Assembly: GCA_052390235.1 (NCBI GenBank)
Contig: JBQTHB010000006.1
Span: 96,001 to 160,000 of the forward strand
Length of the DNA stretch: 64,000 nucleotides
Source: Deltaproteobacteria bacterium
Lineage (GTDB): Bacteria; Desulfobacterota_D; UBA1144; Nemesobacterales; CSP1-2
Direction of reading: 5' to 3'
Both the position numbers and the translations under genes were made by a program. Below the pieces are notes generated by a model. It saw only the letters and a list, made by a program, of their open reading frames with translations. It was not told the origin of the DNA and ran no database searches. Every line of letters begins with the position of its first letter. The stretch's first letter is position 1. Of this stretch, positions 48,643 to 58,498 are shown piece by piece.

Positions 48643-49422
48643 ATGAAGAAATTCTTATCGCTCCTTTTGGTCTCCCTAGTAGTTTTTTCGGGATGCCAGA
48701 GCGCAAAAAAAAGTGAAGAAGCCGCAGTTGAGAACGGGTCTGAAAAGAAGGAGATTAACCAGAAGGTAGTAGCCCGGGTAAATGGACGCCCAATTTACGA
48801 GAATTCAGTCAGAGGCAAGGGGTTTGATGAAGTCATAACCGATGAGATTTTATATGAAGTGGGGCTGAAAAGAGGCGTGGATAAAGAGATTCAAGAGGAG
48901 GTAGAAGAATACCAAAAGAGGCTGATACTCGCTAAAATCAAAAGACCCCTTATTCTCGGAACTCCCAAAGACAAAACCATAACCGATGAAGAAATTGACA
49001 AATACTACAAGGACAATGAAGCCAAATATACCATCGTCAATCTAAAGGAAGTAAGCACGAGAGATAAAGCCGCCGCCGAGCAGATACACAGGAAAGCGCT
49101 TGAAGGAGGGGATTTGGAGCAAATCGCCTCTGAAGCCGGCGCTCAGGTGAAGGATCTGAGATATAACAGAAAGCACTCGCATTTATTCGTCGGCAAACCC
49201 GACGGCGCGATAAGCGAGGTCATAGCCGAGAGGAGCGAGTTCAAAGTGCTAAAACTAGTGGAAACAAAAAAAATTGAACCCGAAAAGGCGAGGCAGTCCA
49301 TAGTATATGCAATTATGGCGCTCAAGAGGGACGAAGCCGTCAATCAAAAGGCTCAGGAACTAATGAAAGAAAACAACATTACAGTCGAAATCCTAGAACG
49401 ACCAAAAGATGAAACCAACTAG
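48643..49422 (+). CDS. PrsA/SurA-like foldase lipoprotein with degenerate parvulin domain
   Basis: Lipobox FSGC; VVARVNGRPI, ITDEEIDKYY..N, ISEVI; canonical parvulin HIL motif absent. Confidence 0.7.
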   Translation: MKKFLSLLLVSLVVFSGCQSAKKSEEAAVENGSEKKEINQKVVARVNGRPIYENSVRGKGFDEVITDEILYEVGLKRGVDKEIQEEVEEYQKRLILAKIKRPLILGTPKDKTITDEEIDKYYKDNEAKYTIVNLKEVSTRDKAAAEQIHRKALEGGDLEQIASEAGAQVKDLRYNRKHSHLFVGKPDGAISEVIAERSEFKVLKLVETKKIEPEKARQSIVYAIMALKRDEAVNQKAQELMKENNITVEILERPKDETN

Positions 49423-49954
49423 AAGAAACTTCATAAAAACCGTAGCCTACGGCATTGCGGCGACCGAAATCGCCGTGAGCCTTCCGGTTAGCGTCTTCGC
49501 CAAGCCCGCCGCCTACGACAACGGAATCGAGATTGAAAAGGGGTTCCGGGTCCTTAACGCGGATACGCAGAAAACCATGGAAGCCCTTGCCGACGCCATT
49601 GTGCCGGGGGCGAAGAAAACGGGCATACACCCGCTTCTTATGGGCTACTTCTCGAAAGACCCGGGCTTTTCGCTAGCCGGATTCGTTGACGCCGGTCTTT
49701 GGAATTTGGATACCGTATCGAAGACGTATTTTAAAACCCCTTTCTACGACCTCGTCAAAAGAGAAGATAGGAAACAGGCGGTCGAACACATCATCAAAGG
49801 GAACACGGTGTTTTTCCTCAACTTCAGGGAAATCGTCGTAAAACTCCACTACACCAACCCTTTGGTGTGGAAAACCCTATCCTTCTCAGGGCCGCCTCAG
49901 CCCCAGGGATATATGGACTACGCCTCGCCCCCAGCGAAACGGCCGAAAAAGTAG
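49409..49954 (+). CDS. Tat-exported gluconate 2-dehydrogenase subunit 3-like protein
   Basis: TRRNFIK twin-arginine signal; LADAIVPGA, YTNPLVW..F.GPPQPQGY; overlaps upstream gene by 14 bp. Confidence 0.78.
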   Translation: MKPTRRNFIKTVAYGIAATEIAVSLPVSVFAKPAAYDNGIEIEKGFRVLNADTQKTMEALADAIVPGAKKTGIHPLLMGYFSKDPGFSLAGFVDAGLWNLDTVSKTYFKTPFYDLVKREDRKQAVEHIIKGNTVFFLNFREIVVKLHYTNPLVWKTLSFSGPPQPQGYMDYASPPAKRPKK

Positions 49955-49988
49955 CTCCGAGGATACTAGTTTCAGCCTGTCTTTATCG

Positions 49989-50014
49989 CGTCCTCCGCGA
50001 GGCGTCTTTTTTTT
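49989..50014 (+). terminator. Probable intrinsic terminator
   Basis: CCTC-CGC-GAGG hairpin with flanking CG pairs followed by a T8 tract. Confidence 0.5.
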
Positions 50015-50101
50015 CGCTCCCTGAATCCGATAATTTTCCCTGAATCTATTTTTCGTTGCAATCATCAATAGATAGAAGTCAATTTGACGGAGGCAGAGGC
50101 G

Positions 50102-51529
50102 ATGAGCGATTACGACATAGCTGTAATTGGCGGCGGAGCGGCGGGACTAACCGTGGCAAGCGGCGCGGTAAAATTCGGACTGCGAGTAGCCCTTATCGAA
50201 AAAGAGAAGCTCGGCGGGGACTGCCTATACTACGGATGCGTGCCTAGCAAAACCCTAATTCACTCCGCCAAAGTAGCCTCTCTCATCAGGCGCGCCAAAG
50301 AGTTCGGGTTGGACGAGACGCCCCTTTCCTTCAACTTTGCAAACGTCATGAGCCACGTCCACGAGGTAATCCAAAAAATTGGGGTCAACGACGACCCGGA
50401 GAGATTCAGAAAAATGGGCGTGGACGTCATATCCGGCGACCCGAAATTCATATCCTCCAAGGAAATAGAGATTAATGGACGGAGGATAAAAAGCAGGAAA
50501 TTCGTGATTTCAACCGGCTCAAGGTCTTTTACGCCCCCGATAGAAGGGCTGAAGGAGACGGGGTTTTTATCAAACGTCGAGCTGTTTCATACGACAACAC
50601 TCCCGAAATCCCTCGCCGTAATAGGGGCGGGACCTATTGGTCTTGAGATGGCTCAGGCATTTGCAAGATTCGGCTCACAGGTAACCGTAGTGGAGCTTCT
50701 GGGCCGCATCCTGGCAGTTGAGGACGAAGACATAGCCACTGAACTCGAAGCGCATCTCGCCAAAGATGGGGTGAAATTCCTCACCTCGGCTAGGGCGAAG
50801 AGAGTCTATTCCGAGAACGGGCAAAAGGTCGTCGTCTGCGAGAGGGGGGGAGAGGAAATCTTCATTAGAAGCGATGAAATACTGGTTGCCGTGGGGAGAA
50901 TTCCTAATGTCGAGGGGCTGAATCTCGAAGCCGCCGGAGTCGAATACAACCGCAAGGGAATCGTCGTGAGCGAAACACTACAGACAACGGCGAAAAACAT
51001 CTGGGCTTGCGGAGACGTTGCGGGACCCTATCTGTTCACGCACATGGCTGAGAATCAGGCAGGAGTGGTCGTGAGAAACGCCGTGCTTGGACTCCCCACA
51101 AAAGTAGATTACTCCCTAGTTCCTTGGACGACTTTCACCGACCCTGAGGTCGCCCACGCGGGCATGAGTGAAACTGAGGCAAAGAAAAAGGGAATCAAGT
51201 ACGAGGTCTATAAACGCCACTATGGGGATGTTGACAGGGCAGTTACGGAGGTCGAGGGAAACGGCTTCGTGAAAATTCTCACCACCGGCTGGAAAGGAAA
51301 AATTATCGGAGCGCAGATAATAGGCCCAAACGCTGGGGAACTCCTGCCGGAGCTTGCTCTGGCAATACGCAAGGGATTCACGGTAAAAGAGATTTCATCC
51401 ACGATTCACCCGTATCCAACGCTCGCGCTCGGCACTCGGCAGGCGACGGATATGTACTTCCGCAAGAAATTTGACTCCTCCCCTTGGCTTCAGAAAGCGC
51501 TTAAATTCATGGCTAAGCTGAGGAATTAG
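50102..51529 (+). CDS. Class I pyridine nucleotide-disulfide oxidoreductase (LpdA/MerA-like)
   Basis: GGGAAG, GGDCLYYGCVPSK, GAGPIG, WACGD, HPYPT; no MerA C-terminal CC pair. ATG 50102. Confidence 0.88.
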   Translation: MSDYDIAVIGGGAAGLTVASGAVKFGLRVALIEKEKLGGDCLYYGCVPSKTLIHSAKVASLIRRAKEFGLDETPLSFNFANVMSHVHEVIQKIGVNDDPERFRKMGVDVISGDPKFISSKEIEINGRRIKSRKFVISTGSRSFTPPIEGLKETGFLSNVELFHTTTLPKSLAVIGAGPIGLEMAQAFARFGSQVTVVELLGRILAVEDEDIATELEAHLAKDGVKFLTSARAKRVYSENGQKVVVCERGGEEIFIRSDEILVAVGRIPNVEGLNLEAAGVEYNRKGIVVSETLQTTAKNIWACGDVAGPYLFTHMAENQAGVVVRNAVLGLPTKVDYSLVPWTTFTDPEVAHAGMSETEAKKKGIKYEVYKRHYGDVDRAVTEVEGNGFVKILTTGWKGKIIGAQIIGPNAGELLPELALAIRKGFTVKEISSTIHPYPTLALGTRQATDMYFRKKFDSSPWLQKALKFMAKLRN

Positions 51530-51701
51530 AGCGGTTAACAGGGGATTCTGACCGATTCACGGCGCTATAAATCCCCCGCCCCGCACACGGCTCATACGCC
51601 GAGCTATTACTTTTGCTATGGGCTACCGGAGAAATGCAAGGGGCAGGAGATAGCTTATAGAACGCGCTCTCCCGCCCTTCGCAATTGGCAACACCCGCGA
51701 G

Positions 51702-52406
51702 CTACTTTTTCACCCAATTGCCGTTAGGAAGCTGAACCTCCCAGCCGGCCCTCGCCTCTTCTCTTCTCACGGCGGCAAACTGCTCGCCCGCCTGAGGGAT
51801 GAGGCTTTCAATATTCTCAGGCGTCGAGTCGAGTTTATTAATTTTCACTATAGCCATAGCCATTCCCCTGATGATGACGGCTCTATCGGCATTTTCGGCT
51901 TTGAGCATCACCGCTTCGTCTGCCGCAAGCGCGCCCCTATCGATGAGAAGCCCTTTATTTCCCTCCCCCGCTTTGCCGGCTGAGGACAGCGCCCCTATCG
52001 CCTCAAGCCGCCCGCTTCTCCTACGGAATGCCTCAAGCACATCGGGCATTTTACGGATTTCTGCTATTATCTGCGCCGAGATGTTATCCGTAGCCCAAGC
52101 GGGAGCGGCTATGTCAATTGAGAATCTCTTTTTGAGTCGGATGATTTTTCTCGATTCAAGCTGAGGCTTATCGGGATATTTCAGGGCTTGAGGCTCGGCT
52201 TTGGGACTATCCGAAGGGGCTTTGCTCTCAGGCTTGGGGGCTTCTTCGGCGGGAGATTTTAGGAATTCCCCCTCGAGGCTCTTATAGGCGTCCTTCACCT
52301 CTTCGGCGGGGAAGTAGATATTCACCGTTACAATGGCGCATGAGGCGAGATGAAAAAAAGCCGCAAGCGCCGCGAATTGGAAAGTAATCCTCGCAATTTT
52401 TGACAT
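51702..52406 (-). CDS. YdbL/DUF1318-family lipoprotein
   Basis: Lipobox LASC followed by IVTVNIYFPAEEV; GEGNKGLL, AENADR, GWEVQLPNGNWVKK. Confidence 0.8.
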   Translation of the reverse strand: MSKIARITFQFAALAAFFHLASCAIVTVNIYFPAEEVKDAYKSLEGEFLKSPAEEAPKPESKAPSDSPKAEPQALKYPDKPQLESRKIIRLKKRFSIDIAAPAWATDNISAQIIAEIRKMPDVLEAFRRRSGRLEAIGALSSAGKAGEGNKGLLIDRGALAADEAVMLKAENADRAVIIRGMAMAIVKINKLDSTPENIESLIPQAGEQFAAVRREEARAGWEVQLPNGNWVKK

Positions 52407-52409
52407 AGT

Positions 52410-55400
52410 TCAGTTCACCTCTCTATTCTTTTTCTCAAATTCGATTTGCAAATCACCCTCGCTCGCCCTCTTAGTGGTCTCTCTCATAACCGACAGAAAG
52501 TGCGAAAGAGAGATGGAATTGCGTTTTGAATCTACGCTTATAGATAAATCCTTTAAACCGAGGATTCCGCGCGAGAGTTCAAGTTTCTTAAACGTGATGA
52601 AGCCGTCTTTCATATAGCCGTAAATCTGCCCGTTATTGTACTTGCGCGCCGAGCGGAGAACGAGCTTTTCTTTCACTCCGAGCTTCTGAAGTAGCGCCTT
52701 GCCGATTTTCCTCGGTTCGCTTGAGCCTATAGCCCAGAGATTAAACGAGCCGTCAACGGCGTTTAAATCGCCGCTCTCGCCCTTGAGCCAAGAAATTCCA
52801 TTGACTCTGCCCGTGATATAGTCCCTGCCGGATGGCACTGCGCCGGAGATTTTATCGAGGCTCACGCGGCTAAAGAGGAGCGAGAGATTATATTTAAGCC
52901 CCTCCGGCGCGAAGTCGAATCCCCCCGTGGCAAAAGCCTCGCCCCCGTAGAGCTTCGATTCAAGCCTCTTTAGGTTCAGGCCGCCGCCGCTTAATTCAAG
53001 CTCGCATTCTATATCTTCTATCCTGAAAAATCCATACTCAATTTCCCGGATGCGGAGAAAATCCCCGCCGCTAGATGGGGCTTTGGCATCTTCGGCGTTT
53101 AGAAACTCAAGAAAATCGTCAAATGTCGTTTTATAGAGCTTCGGGGATTTGGCGATGGTAAAAAAAGGATTTTGGGATTTTACCGTGTCGCGGAGGGTAA
53201 TAGCGCCGTTTACGCCTCCAATCCGTATGCCCGCCCCTCCATTCGCCGCGCTCTCGAAGGATACGTCTGTGATTTTGAGGCTTCCCCGCCACCCGCTCTC
53301 GGTTTCATCGGCAGGGGGGACGGAGGTCAGGCTGAGGCTCAAATCCCCTTTGAGGGCGCCGTCCGCAAAAGCCGGAATAACGGGGCTAAGGGCGTTCTTT
53401 AGAAATGCCATGGGAATCCTAGGCAGGTTGATAGCAAAGCTCCTATTGTCATTAAGCGGATTTTCCACAGCGCCTATCAATTTAATCCCCTCCCCTCCCG
53501 ACTCCTCTATAAACCCGCTCTTAATGCTAAGGGTTTCACCGGAGGCTTCAAGCTCAATCTCACCCCGAAGCGAGGAGGAAGACACTCCGCCCTGTTTAAT
53601 ATCAAGCCCGCGAAATCCAATCTTCCCGCCGCCCTTGGGCAAGAGGCCCTCTCCCAGTTCACCGGCGAAGTCCACACCCACGCTCTCTAAGGCAAAATTA
53701 ATCCCTCCCGATGCAAAGGACGCCCCATCGAGCCTAAGCCGGGAGTCAACCCAAATGGGCGAGGATTCGGCGACCCTCACCGAGGCTCCCCCGCCGATAC
53801 TGCCCCCCATAAACTCCCCCGAAACGGCTTCTACCTCAATTCGGCTCTCGAAGGATTTCACCCGCGCCGAGAGTTTCTTTATCGGCATAAACGCAGTGGC
53901 TATCTCCTCGGCAGAGAGATTCGCGCTCCATCTAATCTCGTTTGCCGCCGAGTAGAAATTAAAATCCCCTTTGACGCCGCCGCCGTAAACGCGCCCGCCT
54001 AGGGTTTTAAAATCCGCCCCCGCGAATCCGAGCCTGTAGGGGATGTTCTGCTCCTTGTTTCCGAGGAGTAGTTCGAGCTTTTGGGCGGAAATCTCCCCGT
54101 AGCGCTCAAGCTCGGCTTTGAGATTGCCGAGAGCAACCGAGCCGCTTTGGTATTTGAAATCCGAGGAGAGAGCGGGAAAGATGAGCGTTTTGAACTCTCC
54201 CCGCTCTGCGGCAACGCTTCCTGAAAAGCTGAGCCGCCCACTGCCGCCGCCCTCCCCTCGGAGTAGCCCTCGAAACTGTCCAAGCGAGACCTGCTCCTGA
54301 GGGATTCGCAGAGCCGCCCCATTGACGGAAATTTCAGTCGTCCACTCGCCGCCGCGTTCGAGGTTAAATTCTAATTTCTCGCCGTCGGCTTTTTCTGCGT
54401 GGATTTCTCCGTAGGAGACCTTTGCCAGCCGTAATTTGGGCGCGCCGATTTTGATGCCGCCCCCTGTTTTAGACAGAGAAATTCGGACCGGCAAAGGGGC
54501 ATCGGCTTTGGAAATTGATAGCCCCTCGCCGCTTTCGAGCCTCAATTTGAAATCCCGAATCTCAAAGGAAGCCTCAGATGTGAATTCGTCCATATCTCGG
54601 CTCTCGAAACCCGCATCAAGCGAGTCAACTATGCCCCTAATGCCCGCAAGCGGCGAGTCGCCCGGGATTTTATTCAAATCGAGATTCGAGGCAGAGAGCC
54701 TGCCCGCGATACTGCGCGATGCGGCGGAAAATGTATATTTGCCCCCTAAGTTGACGCGCCCTCCGAGAGCAGACGCCTCAAAATCCACAAGCGATAGCGC
54801 GCCGCCAATCCCTTGGCGCGAGGTGAAAGCGACCCTTCCCTGCGCGCCGCCGGATTTTCCCAGATGCAGAGTCTCGGCGGATTTCAGGCGGAGCGATGCG
54901 CGGGCGGCGAAATCCTCCGCAGGTTCGGACAAGGGCTTCTCGGCGGTAAATTCCCCCTCAATTCCTTGGATGAAATAGCCGCTCTCGGCGCTGCGAATAT
55001 CCCCTCCAGCAATGCGCCCACCGACAGTTAAGGCGAGGGTCGCCTCGGCAGGGGAGCCGGACAGTTTTACGTAATCCGTGAGAATCAGCCCGCTCATCTG
55101 AACGCTAGATAGAGCGGGAATAAAGCGCGGGAGGTTTTCAAGCTGAATTGGGTCAATTCTGCCCTGAATATCAAATATTCCCCCGGTTTTGACCCCCCGC
55201 ACCGCGCCCCAGAATGACGCAGAAATCAGCTCGTCCGCCTCAAAAATCAGAGAATCGAGCGAGGCGGCGTCGGTTTTCGGGTCATATTTCGCCTCGTACC
55301 GGATTTTCCCCGCAAGCCGCCCCTCGCCCGCAGGAGCACCCTCGTAGCGCCGCAAATCAATCTCCCCTTGAGAGGTTACGCCGTCCGCGATGCGAAATGC

Positions 55401-56105
55401 AAATCTCGATGAGAGGGAAAACTCCCCACGAGCAATTGCCACGGATACGGTATCAGCGACCAGCCGCGGGATGGTTATTTTGACCTCCCCGCTCGGAGCG
55501 GGCGAAAATGGATACGCGACCCCGACGATAGAGACCTCATTGCCAAGGGCGGCGATGGAGGCTTGGATGTTTATCGCTCTATCTTCCTCGGAGGGGGCGT
55601 CGGCTAAAGCGAGGGCAATTTGTTTTATCTCGACTTGGGGGAGGCGCGCAATTCGGGCGTCTCGGATTTGGAGGCGGCGCACTTCGATAGGAAACGATTT
55701 TTTATCGTCTCCGCGGTCGCCCATGAGGTTAATTATGCCGTCGAGTTCTCTTTTATCGAGAGAGAAAACGGGCTTCTCAATTACGATTTCCTGAATCTTT
55801 ATCTTCAAATCTAGAATTGAAGCCAAAATCGCCGGCTCGAAGACGAGCCTTCCCACGGTAAGTATCGGGTCGGCAATGTTAAGCGGGTTTGAAATCTCGA
55901 TTTCACTGCCCCGAAAGCCGGAGAATAAGCCGAAATCAATATCGCCGACTTTGACTTTATATCCCGTGTTCTCGGAGAACCGCTCGAGATAGCCGCGCAC
56001 CTGGGCGGGGAGAATAAATTTCAGCACAATCAGCAGTGAGATAACCAGCGCCGATAGAGCCAGAGCCGATGCGATAGCGAGATTTTTAACCCTTGAGCGG
56101 CGCAT
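52410..56105 (-). CDS. Large AsmA/YdbH-like bridge-like lipid-transfer protein
   Basis: N-terminal TM anchor, about 1200 aa of Gly-rich amphipathic beta strands (LGGRV, MGGSI, YGGEA); directly upstream of the DUF1318 gene. Confidence 0.75.
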   Translation of the reverse strand: MRRSRVKNLAIASALALSALVISLLIVLKFILPAQVRGYLERFSENTGYKVKVGDIDFGLFSGFRGSEIEISNPLNIADPILTVGRLVFEPAILASILDLKIKIQEIVIEKPVFSLDKRELDGIINLMGDRGDDKKSFPIEVRRLQIRDARIARLPQVEIKQIALALADAPSEEDRAINIQASIAALGNEVSIVGVAYPFSPAPSGEVKITIPRLVADTVSVAIARGEFSLSSRFAFRIADGVTSQGEIDLRRYEGAPAGEGRLAGKIRYEAKYDPKTDAASLDSLIFEADELISASFWGAVRGVKTGGIFDIQGRIDPIQLENLPRFIPALSSVQMSGLILTDYVKLSGSPAEATLALTVGGRIAGGDIRSAESGYFIQGIEGEFTAEKPLSEPAEDFAARASLRLKSAETLHLGKSGGAQGRVAFTSRQGIGGALSLVDFEASALGGRVNLGGKYTFSAASRSIAGRLSASNLDLNKIPGDSPLAGIRGIVDSLDAGFESRDMDEFTSEASFEIRDFKLRLESGEGLSISKADAPLPVRISLSKTGGGIKIGAPKLRLAKVSYGEIHAEKADGEKLEFNLERGGEWTTEISVNGAALRIPQEQVSLGQFRGLLRGEGGGSGRLSFSGSVAAERGEFKTLIFPALSSDFKYQSGSVALGNLKAELERYGEISAQKLELLLGNKEQNIPYRLGFAGADFKTLGGRVYGGGVKGDFNFYSAANEIRWSANLSAEEIATAFMPIKKLSARVKSFESRIEVEAVSGEFMGGSIGGGASVRVAESSPIWVDSRLRLDGASFASGGINFALESVGVDFAGELGEGLLPKGGGKIGFRGLDIKQGGVSSSSLRGEIELEASGETLSIKSGFIEESGGEGIKLIGAVENPLNDNRSFAINLPRIPMAFLKNALSPVIPAFADGALKGDLSLSLTSVPPADETESGWRGSLKITDVSFESAANGGAGIRIGGVNGAITLRDTVKSQNPFFTIAKSPKLYKTTFDDFLEFLNAEDAKAPSSGGDFLRIREIEYGFFRIEDIECELELSGGGLNLKRLESKLYGGEAFATGGFDFAPEGLKYNLSLLFSRVSLDKISGAVPSGRDYITGRVNGISWLKGESGDLNAVDGSFNLWAIGSSEPRKIGKALLQKLGVKEKLVLRSARKYNNGQIYGYMKDGFITFKKLELSRGILGLKDLSISVDSKRNSISLSHFLSVMRETTKRASEGDLQIEFEKKNREVN

Positions 56106-56155
56106 ACCTCAGATATTATATTGACAATTTCGGGGTTTAGGAACGGGCTTTAGAA

Positions 56156-56560
56156 TCAGTTGGTCTTGGCAACGCGCTCGTCTCTGCGGAGAACGTCTTC
56201 AACGGCGCGGGCTTTGATGACGTTTTTGAACTTAAAAAGGGCGTAGCGTCTCTCTTTTTTGAATTTCCCCGTAACTATCAGCCTATCGCCTTTAGCCACA
56301 TCGAGCCGCCCCTTGGTATAGACGCCGATGGAGTTTTTCTCTGCGTCTATAAGGCTAAATAGCGTGTAATGGTCTCCCGAAGGGACTGTGTAGTGCTTCA
56401 GTTTTTCAATCACTCCCTCGACCGAAATCACCTTGCCGTCGTACTGGCGCGGGTCGGACACAACCGATTCAATTTCAATTGGGCTTTTAACCTCTTCGGC
56501 GCTCAAATTAACTATGGATGAAATCGCCAACACCGCAATTAATACAAACTGTCTGAGCAT
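56156..56560 (-). CDS. Exported OB-fold protein, hypothetical
   Basis: Signal peptide; DPRQYDGKVISVEG...YTLFSL.D...GDRLIVTGKF; SD AGGAGG. Confidence 0.65.
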   Translation of the reverse strand: MLRQFVLIAVLAISSIVNLSAEEVKSPIEIESVVSDPRQYDGKVISVEGVIEKLKHYTVPSGDHYTLFSLIDAEKNSIGVYTKGRLDVAKGDRLIVTGKFKKERRYALFKFKNVIKARAVEDVLRRDERVAKTN

Positions 56561-56763
56561 AGCCTGCGCTCCCTCCTTTTAGCGTTTTGGATGAATTCAC
56601 TGATGTTTGGGATTCACTGTCGGCAATTAAATCCGATGCTATAAACTACCTAAAGTGCGGTTTGGTTGCAATTGAGAACTAGCCAGGGACAAACCGGAAT
56701 TGACAATAAAACTTGGAGATTAAATAATTAACCTCTAACCAATCCCCAGAAGGAGATAAAAAG

Positions 56764-58467
56764 TTGAAAAAGAAATCCCCCGCGCCGCCTGAACATAACC
56801 CTCGCAAGCACTCTTCGATTTACGTCGAAGGCGCAGACCGCGCCCCAAGCCGGGCGATGCTCCGCGCCGTAGGGTTTCGGGACGAGGACTTTAAAAAACC
56901 CGTAGTCGGCATCGCATCCACTTGGAGCATGGTAACCCCGTGTAATATGCACATTGACAAGCTCGCCCTCGAAGCCGCTAAAGGGGCGGACGGAGCGGGG
57001 GGAAAGGCGATAATTTTCAATACCATTACCGTGTCGGATGGGATTTCCATGGGGACTCCGGGGATGCGTTATTCGCTCGTATCGCGCGAGGTCATAGCGG
57101 ATTCGATTGAAACCGTTACGGCTGGGGAAGGATTCGACGGGCTTGTCGCCATCGGCGGATGCGATAAAAATATGCCCGGATGCCTGATGGCAATGGCGCG
57201 GATGAATCGCCCTTCGGTGTTCGTATATGGGGGAACGATAATGCCGGGGATGCACTGCGGAAAGCCGGTTGACGTGGTTTCTGTGTTTGAAGCGGTCGGG
57301 GCGCACGCGAACAAAACGATAAACGACGAAGAACTCAAGGCGATAGAATCCTGCGCCATTCCGGGCCCCGGCTCCTGCGGAGGGATGTACACGGCAAACA
57401 CCATGGCTTCTGCGATTGAGGCGCTGGGGATGAGCCTTCCCAACAGCTCGGCCCAGGCGGCAATATCCACAGAGAAAAACATGGACTGCTCCGGGGCAGG
57501 AGCGGCCGTGATGAATCTGATTAAAAATAATATCCGTCCGCGAGATATTATGACGAGAAAAGCGTTTGAGAACGCGATCTCGGTCGTCATCGCCCTCGGC
57601 GGGTCAACAAATGCCGTGCTGCATCTCCTAGCAATGGCCCATGCGGCGGGGGTAAAGCTCTCGATAGACGACTTCAACCGCATCGGGAGCAAGCGTCCCG
57701 TGCTTGCAGACCTCAAACCGAGCGGCAAATATTTTATGTCTCAATTCTGCCAAATCGGCGGGCTTTCTCCGCTTTTGAAAATTATGCTCGACAGAGGACT
57801 CCTCCACGGCGACTGCCTAACGGTTACGGGCAGAACCCTCGAGGAGAACCTAAAGAGCGTAAAACCGTATCCGAAGAAGCAGGGAATTATAGCCCCATTT
57901 GAAAATCCGATAAAAAAAGACAGCCACATCGTGGTTCTGCGCGGCAACCTCGCCCCAGAAGGGGCAGTCGCTAAAATCACAGGCAAAGAGGGACTCTCGT
58001 TCACCGGAAAAGCCATCGTATTTGACTCCGAAGAGGAATCCCTCAAGGCGATACTGTCGGGCAGGGTGAAGAAGGGACACGTCATCGTTATACGCTACGA
58101 GGGGCCCAAAGGGGGACCCGGGATGCGCGAGATGCTAAGCCCCACCTCGGCTGTAATAGGCAGGGGGCTTGGCAGCGACGTCGCACTCATCACCGATGGC
58201 AGATTCTCAGGCGGCACTCACGGATTCGTAGTCGGACACATCACCCCTGAGGCGGCTGAAGGCGGCGCGTTAGCGGTAGTAAAAAACGGGGACGAGATAA
58301 CAATTGACGCAAAGAGGCGAGAGATCATCCTAGGGGTGTCAGATGCAGAGATCGGGCGGCGGCTCGGCGAGTGGAAAAAGCCCAAACCCAAAGAAACCCG
58401 CGGAGCGCTTGCCAAATATGCAAAACTCGTAAGCTCGGCGTCCGAAGGGGCGGTAACGGATAAGTGA
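56764..58467 (+). CDS. ilvD: Dihydroxy-acid dehydratase
   Basis: [58 protein letters not shown]. Confidence 0.96.
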   Translation: MKKKSPAPPEHNPRKHSSIYVEGADRAPSRAMLRAVGFRDEDFKKPVVGIASTWSMVTPCNMHIDKLALEAAKGADGAGGKAIIFNTITVSDGISMGTPGMRYSLVSREVIADSIETVTAGEGFDGLVAIGGCDKNMPGCLMAMARMNRPSVFVYGGTIMPGMHCGKPVDVVSVFEAVGAHANKTINDEELKAIESCAIPGPGSCGGMYTANTMASAIEALGMSLPNSSAQAAISTEKNMDCSGAGAAVMNLIKNNIRPRDIMTRKAFENAISVVIALGGSTNAVLHLLAMAHAAGVKLSIDDFNRIGSKRPVLADLKPSGKYFMSQFCQIGGLSPLLKIMLDRGLLHGDCLTVTGRTLEENLKSVKPYPKKQGIIAPFENPIKKDSHIVVLRGNLAPEGAVAKITGKEGLSFTGKAIVFDSEEESLKAILSGRVKKGHVIVIRYEGPKGGPGMREMLSPTSAVIGRGLGSDVALITDGRFSGGTHGFVVGHITPEAAEGGALAVVKNGDEITIDAKRREIILGVSDAEIGRRLGEWKKPKPKETRGALAKYAKLVSSASEGAVTDK

Positions 58468-58498
58468 TTCAGGATGAGAGATATTATTAGGGGCGCGC

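Noticed and set aside
50102..51529. Call as mercuric reductase merA
   Set aside because: No C-terminal Cys-Cys pair, no NmerA domain and no mer genes nearby.
53149..54978. Long plus-strand ORFs (268 aa, 180 aa) inside the AsmA-like gene
   Set aside because: Ser/Pro-rich antisense shadows of a Gly-rich gene with no recognisable motif.
56728..58415. Minus-strand ORFs opposite ilvD (and similar ones opposite rnr, the subtilases, the pst genes and hppA)
   Set aside because: Antisense shadows of well-supported genes, expected from codon bias.
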